A DNA stretch of 64,000 nt from an uncultured delta proteobacterium (GTDB lineage Bacteria; Myxococcota_A; Polyangia; Haliangiales; Haliangiaceae). Within the stretch, counting starts at the first letter, position 1. Each line of letters begins with the position of its first letter. The stretch covers positions 3,808,001 to 3,872,000 of the forward strand of contig CAWKDB010000010.1 in the NCBI GenBank assembly GCA_963848295.1, read 5' to 3'. Below the pieces are notes generated by a model, which saw only the letters and a program-made list of their open reading frames with translations, was not told where the DNA came from and made no database searches. Both the position numbers and the translations under genes were made by a program. Shown here one piece after another: positions 54,832 through 63,815 of the stretch.

Positions 54832-55146
54832 GCGGCCCGCACGCGATCGCGAGAGAGCGCCGTGTCGAGGTACATGTTTGTCAACCACGGCTGCTACGCA
54901 ATTCGCTAGTTCATTGACAACCCCCATAGCTGACGACGCTGCGCGCGCGGACATCTCGAAACAGCCCCGAGACGCGCGCAGCGAGCTTCCTTCTCTTCTC
55001 GGCGCCGGCCCCCGCTACAGTCAGCGACCGAGTTTCAAGCCCCATGCGAAGACGAGATCGAGATCCGCGTGTCCCCCGCCACGTACGCCTACGCGTGCGC
55101 GCGAGGAAACGATAGGGCGAACACGCGGACGCCGGTGTGCCGAGCA

Positions 55147-55338
55147 TCAGTTGACCCTAGCGAGGACCACCAGGTCAAAGAGGCCATCCGACCGTTCCTC
55201 GACGCGCAGGATGTGGTCCTCGTCCTTGCCGGTGTTCTTGAGGTCGCGCTCGGTCAGCCCGCGCAGCGACTCGGCCTGAGCACGGGTCCGCAGCCCGCGA
55301 ACCGAGTCCTGCGTCTCCCTATAGTTGCTCTCATCCAT
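55147..55338 (-). CDS. Small hypothetical protein
   Basis: 63-aa ORF, protein-like, purine-rich upstream sequence. Confidence 0.45.
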   Translation of the reverse strand: MDESNYRETQDSVRGLRTRAQAESLRGLTERDLKNTGKDEDHILRVEERSDGLFDLVVLARVN

Positions 55339-55427
55339 ATCCGCTTGGTCCTCGTTGGGTGCCTACGCGTGCCCGAGAGAGAGAGCGAACGGCGAGCACG
55401 CACAATGCGATCTCTTCGCGGCGCGCG

Positions 55428-56342
55428 CTACTGCATCTTCTCGAACGCGGCCGAGGCGTTCTTGTTGTGCTTGCACTTGGTGACTACCGGCGTCGCGGCG
55501 GCGATGAAGTCTTTCTCGATCGCAGCGGACTCGGTGTCGAACTTCTTTTTGTCGGCGTCGTGCGTCTTCTGGTATGCGCTGACGCCGATGAAGTCGGGGT
55601 CGCTGGTGATCGCGGTGACGTCGGTCGCGATCGCGCCGCAGTCGTTCGCGTCCTTCTTGAACACCTCGACCAATCTCGCGGCGAGCGCGCGGGTCTTGTT
55701 CTTGTAGTCGTCGTAGCCGGTGATCGCCGTGCCGCGTGGTGATGAAAGGTCGCTCACCGCTCGCGGAGCCGCGGGTTGCCGCGCGCTGATATGGACGACG
55801 CGCGATGTGGGCGTCGTCGTCCGACGCCCAGTCTGAAGGTCGAGGTTGTCCGTAATCAGTTCTGCATTCTCCCACTGCGTTTGCCACGTCTCTTCGATCC
55901 AGTCCTTCTCACGGTTCGTCGACGTCGGCGCTCCCCACGCGGCATGGAGCGAGTCCACGACCTTCGCGGCCTCCTCTTCAATGTCGGGTAGCCTGACGAC
56001 GATCGAGTAGACCTCCGTCTTCCGCGGATCGTACAGGAGGTCCACGCACGGTAGAGGCAACTTCGCGGACCGACATCCTCGGCACTTGTCCAACTTCGAA
56101 TCGTCGTCCAAATGCGAGCACGCTTGGAAAACGTCGGGCGGCGGCGCGTGGCCCGGAAGCAGGTCCTCCCATCCTGGCAGCGTGAGATGGTGCTCGGTCG
56201 CCGACGCCGAAGCGTCTTGTCGTCCGGCTGCGTCGCGAGCAGCATCGCCTGTCGACGCATGTCGCTGATCTCGAATGACGGCGAAGCCCACCGCGCCGAC
56301 GATCGCCGCTGCGATCACACCTGCGATCAACTTCTCCTTCAC
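55428..56342 (-). CDS. Membrane-anchored hypothetical protein
   Basis: AGGAGG RBS before GTG; N-terminal TM segment; helical C-terminal domain. Confidence 0.65.
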   Translation of the reverse strand: MKEKLIAGVIAAAIVGAVGFAVIRDQRHASTGDAARDAAGRQDASASATEHHLTLPGWEDLLPGHAPPPDVFQACSHLDDDSKLDKCRGCRSAKLPLPCVDLLYDPRKTEVYSIVVRLPDIEEEAAKVVDSLHAAWGAPTSTNREKDWIEETWQTQWENAELITDNLDLQTGRRTTTPTSRVVHISARQPAAPRAVSDLSSPRGTAITGYDDYKNKTRALAARLVEVFKKDANDCGAIATDVTAITSDPDFIGVSAYQKTHDADKKKFDTESAAIEKDFIAAATPVVTKCKHNKNASAAFEKMQ

Positions 56343-56456
56343 AATCCTCCTCGGACCCAAAGCACCACCCTCACGGGCGCCTCGGCGCTCCCTCTCTGAT
56401 CTTACGCCTTACTAGTAAGGTGGTGGCGAAGATCTCGCTGCGAAACCCTGCCGCCG

Positions 56457-56756
56457 TTGGCAGCTTCACCGCGAACGAAGGCATACCGTTCCGCGCCGCG
56501 CCGCTCGCGCGCGTTGGCGCACGTCGCCGCGCAGCTCGCCGACAAGGTGCGGTCGCTGCGGGCCGGCCTCGACCTGACGCAGGAGGAAGCGGCAGAACGC
56601 GCTTCGCTTGAGGCGAAGCATTGGCAGCTCGTCGAGGCCGGCGGAACCAACCCAACGCTCGCGACCCTGCTCTCGATCGCGAAGGCCCTCGAAGTCCAGG
56701 TCCACGAGCTGCTGCACTTCAAGGCGCCACGTCAGCGGGTCCGCCGCTCTACGTAG
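56457..56756 (+). CDS. XRE-family HTH regulator
   Basis: VRSLRAGLDLTQEEAAERA...VEAGGTNPTLATLLSIAKALEV. Confidence 0.88.
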   Translation: MAASPRTKAYRSAPRRSRALAHVAAQLADKVRSLRAGLDLTQEEAAERASLEAKHWQLVEAGGTNPTLATLLSIAKALEVQVHELLHFKAPRQRVRRST

Positions 56757-57075
56757 GAACGCGCTGTGCCCGCGTGACGAGATCGGTCACGAGCTGCTCC
56801 TGCTGCCAGGCCGGCAGGGCCAGAACGCGACGTCGTAGCTCGGTGAAGGTGTGATCGGTGTCGGAGAGCCGGCGCCAAGCGCGCAGGGTGACCGGTGAGA
56901 CGTTCAGCCGCTCGGCGATGTAGCCGATTGGTAGGCCTCGACCAAAGTACCAACGGGCCTTCGCGAACTCCGCGAGCGTCACGATCGGCCGTCTCGTGCG
57001 ACGCCTGCGCATGTCGAACAGAGTAGCTTGCCCGGATGGTAGATCGGCAAGCATCTGACGAGCGCACGGATCCAA
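56749..57075 (-). CDS. Small HTH-like protein
   Basis: IAERLNVSPVTLRAWRR; start uncertain. Confidence 0.5.
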   Translation of the reverse strand: MDPCARQMLADLPSGQATLFDMRRRRTRRPIVTLAEFAKARWYFGRGLPIGYIAERLNVSPVTLRAWRRLSDTDHTFTELRRRVLALPAWQQEQLVTDLVTRAQRVPT

Positions 57076-57348
57076 CGGTGCCGAGGTGCCCGTGGCGTCA
57101 ACGTCTGCGCCCGGTCACCTGGAAAGTCGATCGCAACCGGCGGTCCCATCGGGGCGTGCTTTTCACCAGCACCAACCTAGTGATCTCGGAGATATGCAGT
57201 GACGAAGCCGATGGGACGTCGTCCTAGGTGATCTCGACAGTCCGGTCACGGCATATGCTCGCGCGATGGATTGGTGGGCCGAGCTTCCCGAGGAGCGTCC
57301 GGGACTCGTCGAGTAGAAAGAACTCGCGGGATGACGTGATCGAATCCG

Positions 57349-57810
57349 TCACTTCCGCTGCACCGCGACCGCCCACGAGTCCGAGCACCAGTCCGCGGTT
57401 TCGCGCTCCACCTTGTTGTATGTGATCACGAGCCCGCCGCTTGCCATAACAATGATGCGCAGCGCCGTAGTGAACCGATCATCGCGATCGATGACCACGT
57501 TCGACATCACGCTGTCGCCCGCAGCGAAGGTGATGGGGTTGGGCTTGCCGCTGTTTATCGTGATGGAATTCGCGAGCACGGTCACGCGGGCGATGCCGTC
57601 CGCCATCTTGCGGATGTGCGCAACCGCTTCCGCCCCGCAGCTACTGTCCTTGTCGGCGGTGAAATCGTGCGGGTCCTCGCCGGGTGTTCGCCAGTACGTG
57701 CCCACGAGCTTGGCCGGTGCGGCCAGTGCAGCCTTAGCAGCGGTCGGACCGTCCGCGAGCGCCGTCGACGTCGCGAGCATCGTAGCGAGAACGACGGTCG
57801 TCTTGTGCAC
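57349..57810 (-). CDS. Secreted hypothetical protein
   Basis: Signal peptide VHKTTVVLATMLATSTALA. Confidence 0.6.
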   Translation of the reverse strand: MHKTTVVLATMLATSTALADGPTAAKAALAAPAKLVGTYWRTPGEDPHDFTADKDSSCGAEAVAHIRKMADGIARVTVLANSITINSGKPNPITFAAGDSVMSNVVIDRDDRFTTALRIIVMASGGLVITYNKVERETADWCSDSWAVAVQRK

Positions 57811-57936
57811 CCTATTCCCTTTCCATTGGGAGTATCGCCCACCGCGCGCACTGTTGGCTAGTGCACGCCAGGGGCGGTTAGCTCGGCGTGCGGCCCGCAC
57901 GTGGCAACCGAAGCGACTCCGATCGCCTCGGCGACG

Positions 57937-58593
57937 TCATTGCTTCTGATTGTCGCTGCCCGCATCTTGCGAGCCTCGTGCATCGCCTGGCTCTTGGTCG
58001 TCGCTGCCCGCGTCGTCATCGGAACCGTCCTCGACGGTATCAGGCGTGGTTCGTTGCTCCTGCTTGGGATACGGTCCGTGGAAGTCTCGACCGCGGAGGG
58101 GCCGAACGCTTTCCGGCAACTCCGACCATCGCGATGGCGGCACGCGCACGACGAGATACGTTCCATCGTAGCCAGCCACGGGAAGGATTGCGCCAGACGT
58201 GACAGTGGTGGTCGCCGCGTCACCGGAGACCGCCGTCGCGGCTCGATCGGCACTGATCTGAAGCCAATGCGCGATGGTGTTCCTATCGGCGACCACCGCA
58301 TGGGTACCGCCGCGAGCGGCCACATCGCGGAGCGCCTGTTTGCGAACGTACTCTGTCGAAAAGCCGTTGCTGTCCGTTTCCATCGTGCCCAGCAACACCG
58401 CCCCGGCGGCGATCAGCTTTGAGATATCCCCCTCGTAGACTTCGATGGCGTGGTGAACCGAGGGCCGATAGCCCTGCGCCGCGCGTGCCGTGTACGGCTT
58501 GAATTCGGAGACCGGTCCGTGACACGCGGCGATGATGAATGCGACCGCTACTGCGCCAACGCCGACCGACCTACGCACGCGACCAGGATACAC
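57937..58593 (-). CDS. Hypothetical lipoprotein
   Basis: Lipobox FIIAAC; VAARGGTHAV. Confidence 0.6.
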   Translation of the reverse strand: MYPGRVRRSVGVGAVAVAFIIAACHGPVSEFKPYTARAAQGYRPSVHHAIEVYEGDISKLIAAGAVLLGTMETDSNGFSTEYVRKQALRDVAARGGTHAVVADRNTIAHWLQISADRAATAVSGDAATTTVTSGAILPVAGYDGTYLVVRVPPSRWSELPESVRPLRGRDFHGPYPKQEQRTTPDTVEDGSDDDAGSDDQEPGDARGSQDAGSDNQKQ

Positions 58594-58728
58594 GAGTCCC
58601 AGCTCGCTCGCCGGTCAGCGATTCGCTGTTGCGTGCTGTGCAGTCGGAGTGGCGGTTGTAACCAGCAACGTCTGGCTTCCGCGCCCCCGGCGCGCTGAGA
58701 AAAGAGCCGACGAGGCTAGCGAGTCTTT

Positions 58729-59418
58729 CTACAGCGTCGCGGTGGTCGTAGTCGAGGTCATCGGCGCGAAGCTCGACGGGGAAATCTCTGCGCCGGAAGT
58801 CGGGATGATCATGATCGACGGATTGATTTCTGCCACGCAGTTGGTGCCACTCTTGATGTAGTACGTCACACCAGGAGTGCCGGCGGCATAGACCTGCGGC
58901 CCGACCGTGACTGGACACGTTGTCGTCGAGGGCTGCACCATGACGTACGACGGTACGGTCGCACCGCAGCTGGTAAAGAAGTACGCCCCGGGCGTGGTAC
59001 ACGCCGCGTCGACGTAGGGGCCAGCGGGGGATAGCGAGACCGGGGATAGCGAGGCGGAGGGTGTCGGTAAGCAGCGCGTCACGCCATCTGATGCGAGCTG
59101 CGGAGAACACGACTCGCCCCCGCGTGCAGAGTCACTCCATCCGCCGAAGGTCGTTTGCGAGAACATGGCTCCGTCGCCGGTGCTGATCGTGGTCGTCGTG
59201 GAGCGCGCCTTGATTCGCGTTCCGCTGGAGTAGGTCGGCCCGTCACTGCCGCTGCCGGGCGCGTCGATAGTGCGTGCGGCATCGCCACCACCGCCACCAC
59301 CGCCACCGCCACCGCCGCCACCGCCACCATCACCGCGATCGGCGGACGACGACGCCGTGCATGCGGCGAGCACGAGAGCGCAGGACCCCACGATCGCGAG
59401 TGTGATTCTCGATGCCAT
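58729..59418 (-). CDS. Cys-containing lipoprotein with poly-Gly linker
   Basis: GGAGGAG RBS; LVLAAC; poly-G run; SGTRIKAR...ASDGVTRCLP. Confidence 0.7.
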   Translation of the reverse strand: MASRITLAIVGSCALVLAACTASSSADRGDGGGGGGGGGGGGGGGDAARTIDAPGSGSDGPTYSSGTRIKARSTTTTISTGDGAMFSQTTFGGWSDSARGGESCSPQLASDGVTRCLPTPSASLSPVSLSPAGPYVDAACTTPGAYFFTSCGATVPSYVMVQPSTTTCPVTVGPQVYAAGTPGVTYYIKSGTNCVAEINPSIMIIPTSGAEISPSSFAPMTSTTTTATL

Positions 59419-59641
59419 GTCTCACTCCTCCCCGCCGATGAGCTTACGCGCTCGTCGATCCGGCGTTCGGGTAAGGGCGGGGTTCACATGCGCCTTCGTG
59501 CGCGTTGGAGCGGCACGCGTCTGCCTAGCCGGCCACCGATTCATTCCTTCCGACGCTAGGCCGAACAAAATTAGACACGCGCGCGGCGGCCCGGCGTGGC
59601 GCTGTCGAGTTCCTGGTACGAATCGTCGGGAAGTCGACCGC

Positions 59642-59935
59642 ATGCCGCGCCCCACCAGACCGCGTCCGATGATCCTGTTCGACCGCATCAACAGTTCGGC
59701 CGCGGTACTCGTCGCGCTCAACGAGGCACTCGATGCGAAGCCGGAGATCAGCCGAGGCGATGCGCGGTCCCTCATGCGCGCCGCTCGCGCCACGCTCGCC
59801 GCGATCGAAACCTGGCGCGCGTGGCATCGCGAGCGCGGTCTGCTGCCGTTCTCGCCCGGCGTGCGAGCGCTCGCGGATAGGTGCGAGGAGATCCTGTGCA
59901 TGTGCGAGGACGTCGCGCACTCGCAGGATAACTAG
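59642..59935 (+). CDS. Hypothetical protein
   Basis: Helical 97-aa ORF (MPRPTRPRPMILFDR...). Confidence 0.45.
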   Translation: MPRPTRPRPMILFDRINSSAAVLVALNEALDAKPEISRGDARSLMRAARATLAAIETWRAWHRERGLLPFSPGVRALADRCEEILCMCEDVAHSQDN

Positions 59936-60268
59936 CTCTCTCGGGACCCGCCGCGGCCCGCACGTGGTCCGCGGCGTGGTTTCCCTAGGTGAGCAGCCGA
60001 ACGAGCGGCGCGAACTCGGTCATATGGGCCGCGCCGGCGACCGGATCGGCCCATTGGCCGCCGACCGAGTAGTGACGCTCGCCGTTTGGCGCGGCGTGCT
60101 CCACGAGTTCGGTGTTGTCGGCCCGTCGGAGAACGCGAACGGGCTTGGCGTCGAGTGGTAGCGGTGTGATAGCGAAGCGCATCGGCGGATCGTAGCGGAG
60201 GCCCATGACGATCTCGCCTGCCCGATCCACCAGCTACCCAACTATCCCGGAGGATCGAGATTGCCGGA

Positions 60269-60460
60269 ATGCCCAAGGTCCCCGATCACCAACAAGTCGC
60301 CCGCCGCCAACTCTTCGACGGTTACGTGCTCGCCGCATATGCGATTCCAGGCGAGGACCGCGCGAAGTTCCGGATCCTCAGCGAGAAGGATCAGACCCTC
60401 AGCCTTCAGGTCTCGGCCGAGGACGCAACCGCGTTGTGCGCGATGCTGACCAAGGTCTGA
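60269..60460 (+). CDS. Small hypothetical protein
   Basis: 63-aa protein-like ORF. Confidence 0.4.
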   Translation: MPKVPDHQQVARRQLFDGYVLAAYAIPGEDRAKFRILSEKDQTLSLQVSAEDATALCAMLTKV

Positions 60461-60546
60461 CGCCTTCTTCACGACCCGGATGTGGCCGACGACTCGTCCC
60501 GTGAGCAATAGCGGCCGTACGGTTGAGCTGAAACAGGAGATCAACG

Positions 60547-61215
60547 ATGTGGTTCTACGTCCTTGCCGCGTTGGGGTGGGTCGTTACGATTGGCGGTTTA
60601 TCGACGATTGAGAGTCGGGTGCGGGCGCGATTTCCGCGCGTCAGAAAGGTGTACCTCGACGTTGGTACATTCGTGATCGCGACGGCGGTTCTCGTTGGGA
60701 GTATTGGGCTCTACCGTTCGGGTGTTGCGTCCGCACAACGTACGACCGACGCGGTGACTCGCTACGCGGAGGCAGTTCACATGGATCCCCGCGGGCACAC
60801 AATCCCTCTCGAAGAGGGTGGCGTCCTGATCCAGCGCGGACCGCTCATCGATACGCTCGACGGAGCCTGGATCGCGACGAAGGACGACATCTTCCCGGCG
60901 TGTACGCCGGTGGCCATTGCGAAGTTTGAGAAAGCCGCGACGTCGTGGCCTGACATTCCATGGGGACACTTCGGGCTCGCGTTCTGTGCGGCATGTGCCG
61001 GCGACCAGGGCTGGCGGGGACACGCGGAGCGCGCCGCCGAGATACTTCGAGCTACGACGCTGGTCGCCGGCCACGACCCTCACCAGGATGTGGTGCTCAA
61101 GAACCTAGAGATCTGGCTCGACACAAAGGGGAACGCCACGCTTCACCATTCAAGCTGTCCGTCGGCGTCAGCTGCTCCACCGCCCGTCGCTGCCACGCCT
61201 TCGAAGGCGTCGTGA
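60547..61215 (+). CDS. Membrane hypothetical protein (2 TM + TPR-like helices)
   Basis: AGGAG RBS; two hydrophobic segments; AIAKFEKAATSWPDIPWGHFGLA. Confidence 0.65.
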   Translation: MWFYVLAALGWVVTIGGLSTIESRVRARFPRVRKVYLDVGTFVIATAVLVGSIGLYRSGVASAQRTTDAVTRYAEAVHMDPRGHTIPLEEGGVLIQRGPLIDTLDGAWIATKDDIFPACTPVAIAKFEKAATSWPDIPWGHFGLAFCAACAGDQGWRGHAERAAEILRATTLVAGHDPHQDVVLKNLEIWLDTKGNATLHHSSCPSASAAPPPVAATPSKAS

Positions 61216-61330
61216 ATTTCCTGGTCCGCCGCTTCGCTCGACTCCTCCCCCGGGATCTCCTCCCAGACACCTAAGCTGGTGATTCCTCACAGCAGGCCTC
61301 GCCGAGGCCGCGCAGCTCGTATGCCAAGAC

Positions 61331-61358
61331 TTGACGCAGGGATCTCAAGGCGTACTGT
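61331..61358 (+). promoter_or_regulatory. Sigma70-like promoter for a putative ncRNA
   Basis: TTGACG (61331-36), 16 nt spacer, TACTGT (61353-58). Confidence 0.6.
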
Positions 61359-61362
61359 GGAT

Positions 61363-61435
61363 GTGGGCCTAGCCCACGAGGTCACCCAACGGTGGCTGCC
61401 CAGGACCCGGTTTAATCGCCGGGTTTTGGTTTTTT
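61363..61435 (+). ncRNA. Putative DUF3800-associated structured small RNA
   Basis: Hairpins GTGGGC/GCCCAC, GGTCACC/GGTGGCT and ACCCGG/CCGGGT followed by a T-rich tract; converges on the DUF3800 3' end. Confidence 0.6.
61403..61435 (+). terminator. Intrinsic terminator
   Basis: ggACCCGG-tttaatcg-CCGGGT followed by TTTGGTTTTTT. Confidence 0.7.
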
Positions 61436-62308
61436 CGGCTCCGGATCGGTCGAGTCGCCGACACTCGCAGCGTTCGTCTCAGTCGCAGTCTGGACGTCCC
61501 AGCAGCTGTACTTGATTCCGCAGCTGGCGACCTCCCCGGGTGCAAGCTTGCAGTCGATCAGCGCCAGCGCGTTCTTCATCGCTGTATAGGTTCGGTTGTC
61601 TGGCTTGTATCCGCCGAGGCAAACAGGCCACAGGGAGAGGTCGGCGATCTGCATGGGCGGCGAGGTCTTGTTCTTGGTTTGGAACTCGTAAAGCGTCTCG
61701 GCGAAGTCTTGCGCCGCGAGCGGCGTGTACTTCGCAGACGTGTCCGCGCTGAATGGCTGACCCTTCTCGCGTAGCTCGTTGTAGTAGCCGAGCACGATCC
61801 GATCGGTCTTCTTGTCAGCCCTCTCGATGTTGACGCGCAGCCGGCATCCAGCTCGGCGCGCATACTTCACCGACCGCTCGACGACGATCGAAAAGGCGGT
61901 CTTGCAGAGCAACCAGCGGTTGTTCCCGTACTTCTCGGCGTACCGACGGTTGTAGCCGGGACGATCGATCACGCACGCGATTGCAGTCAGCTCGGAGCGG
62001 GTGACGAGCTTCGTGACGTCCTCGTAGAACTCGGTCAGCTGCTCGGGCAACAAGCGGCGGAGCCACCGGAACCCGTCGGTCTTTCCGCGTATCTCGGACG
62101 AGTGTAGTGGCTTCTCCATCCCGAGATGCTTCCACTTTCCGTACAACGCTTCGTGGGCCAAGCGGACTACCGCCTCGTCGGCCTCGCGCACGAGCACTCC
62201 GCCTAGGCCGAACCAGTCACAGCCGTGCCCGGGGAGAGGATCGCCCGCCGAGCGGTCAGGGTTGCGCGTCCCTGAGTCGTCGAGGTAGAGATTCAATACG
62301 TCGGGCAC
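61412..62308 (-). CDS. DUF3800-domain protein (RNase H-like fold)
   Basis: LYLDDSG, FGLGGVLV, LHSSEIR, QIADL motifs. Confidence 0.85.
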   Translation of the reverse strand: MPDVLNLYLDDSGTRNPDRSAGDPLPGHGCDWFGLGGVLVREADEAVVRLAHEALYGKWKHLGMEKPLHSSEIRGKTDGFRWLRRLLPEQLTEFYEDVTKLVTRSELTAIACVIDRPGYNRRYAEKYGNNRWLLCKTAFSIVVERSVKYARRAGCRLRVNIERADKKTDRIVLGYYNELREKGQPFSADTSAKYTPLAAQDFAETLYEFQTKNKTSPPMQIADLSLWPVCLGGYKPDNRTYTAMKNALALIDCKLAPGEVASCGIKYSCWDVQTATETNAASVGDSTDPEPKKPKPGD

Positions 62309-62502
62309 CGCGCCCGGACGTTAACGCCGCATCTGCGCGTGTGCCACTTGGCAGCCTAGTCGAGCCGAGATGGTAGCTTCGAGCGCGACCAACCTTCTGC
62401 TCCTCGTGTTGCGCTCGAAGCTACCATCTCGGTCTGACGGTGCAGAGCCTCGTCGGGAAACGGAACGTGCTCGGATCCGCCGTCGGATGCGCGCCTCAAG
62501 CC

Positions 62503-62523
62503 GTGCCATTCTGTGCCATGGAC
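62503..62523 (+). repeat. Putative integrase arm-type site, right copy
   Basis: gtgccattctgtgccatggac, identical to 50145-50165. Confidence 0.7.
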
Positions 62524-62634
62524 ACTCAGATCAACTGAAACGAACCACTACCAACTGAGAACGCGAATCGCGCAACGGTGTGTGATCGTTGCCAAGCGTG
62601 CGATATGGTTTTCGTATCGCGTCGCGCGGTTCGC

Positions 62635-62681
62635 GGTTGTGGTCCTGGATGTCGCGGGTTCGAGCCCCGTCGTTCGCCCCA
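62635..62681 (+). repeat. att core, right copy (duplicated tRNA-His 3' half)
   Basis: 47 bp identical to 50052-50098. Confidence 0.95.
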
Positions 62682-62713
62682 GATTTTGCGGATCTAGCCG
62701 CCACCTCCCAGAA

Positions 62714-63320
62714 GCCGCGGACCTCGGCCGCACGGAGTCCAGCCTCGGCGGCGAGCAAGATCAGCGTCGTGTACCGCTGGTCGTGACACGCATCGAGCAC
62801 CTTCTCGACGTCCTCGGTCGCGACCGCGGCGATCTCGGCGGCCATACCGTCGAGCTTGAACCGCAGCTTTGACTCCTCGCTGGTCGTGTACTTGATGAGC
62901 GTGGACAGAACCGCGAGCTGATTGTTCACGGTCTTGACGGCCATCCCGCGATCGAGCTCGCTCTGGGCGTACGTGTCGACGTCGGTCTGCTTCAGGCCAT
63001 CGATCGTCATGGCGCCGAAGAACGGCAGCAAATGACTGTTGAGGACCCTCCGCTTCTCGCGCCTCTCGCTCGGCTTGTACTTCTCCACGAACGTCTCCGC
63101 GTGCTCCTTGATCGTCTTCGGCGCCTCCTTTGTCGTCATCGCCGCCACCAGCGGCTTGCCGAGCACCGCCTCGCTGATCGCGCGGCGCTCGGCTTCCTGC
63201 GCGCCAACCCTCGAACGCGGCAGATCGTGATACGGCCCGGGAACACCCGGCGTACCGAAGATCCGTTTGCGCGTTCTATCGGGGAGCTTCACGGTGCCCT
63301 GAAAGATCCAGCGACCTGTT
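62714..63320 (-). pseudogene. Truncated tyrosine integrase, paralogous to 50112..51236
   Basis: PGPYHDLPRS, EKRRVL, KTVNNQLAVLSTLIKY, LAAEAGLRAAEVRG; similarity ends there (no HxxR or catalytic Y); no in-frame start matching the paralog. Confidence 0.85.
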
Positions 63321-63434
63321 CTAATGGGGCTCGCGGTGGTGGTGGCGGCTCAAGGGCCCGCTGAAGTTCTGTGTGTGCTCTTGGGGACAGTGATCCGCCG
63401 CCGGCCTCTGTGAGGCGCGTGGTAAGATGAGGTC

Positions 63435-63815
63435 GTGTCGGTCGTCTCAACACCGTCGGAACGAGCGTCGCTGGTCGTCGACCGGGGACAGCGCGAAATC
63501 GCCACCGGACCAATCCGACCGATCCTCGCTCGCGTGATCGAGCGCTGGCATCCGTTGCAGATCTGGTTGTTCGGCAGCCGCGCTCGTAGCGAAGCCAGTG
63601 CCGACAGCGACTGGGATCTACTCGCCGTGGTGCCCGATTGTCCCGAGCCTGCCGATTTCGACGACCCGATGACCGTATGGCGCGTGAAACGCCAGCCCGG
63701 CGTGCCCTCGGACCTCGTCGTTTACCGCGAGTCCGATTTTGAAGAAGATCGCACCGTCCCGAATACCCTAGCGTACGCAGTGAAGCTGGACGGCGTGCTC
63801 ATCTATGAGCGCTGA
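63435..63815 (+). CDS. Minimal nucleotidyltransferase (MNT antitoxin)
   Basis: WLFGSRAR...DSDWDLL. Confidence 0.88.
   Translation: MSVVSTPSERASLVVDRGQREIATGPIRPILARVIERWHPLQIWLFGSRARSEASADSDWDLLAVVPDCPEPADFDDPMTVWRVKRQPGVPSDLVVYRESDFEEDRTVPNTLAYAVKLDGVLIYER

Larger units (their letters stand above)
50052..62681. mobile_element. ~12.6 kb integrative element at tRNA-His
   Basis: 47-bp direct repeat at both ends; integrase and excisionase-like genes next to the tRNA; less biased codon usage. Confidence 0.9.

Noticed and set aside
55087..55372. 12-bp direct repeat gcctacgcgtgc flanking a small ORF
   Set aside because: Only two copies, with no attC-like or IS-like structure.
59283..59332. (CCA/CCG)n run
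   Set aside because: Encodes the poly-Gly linker of the lipoprotein; not an array.
61400..61407. CCAGGACC in the putative ncRNA is complementary to the tRNA-His anticodon arm (50058-65)
   Set aside because: An 8-nt GC-rich match is expected by chance.
62635..62681. Possible second tRNA-His
   Set aside because: Lacks the 5' half and D-arm; it is the att duplicate.
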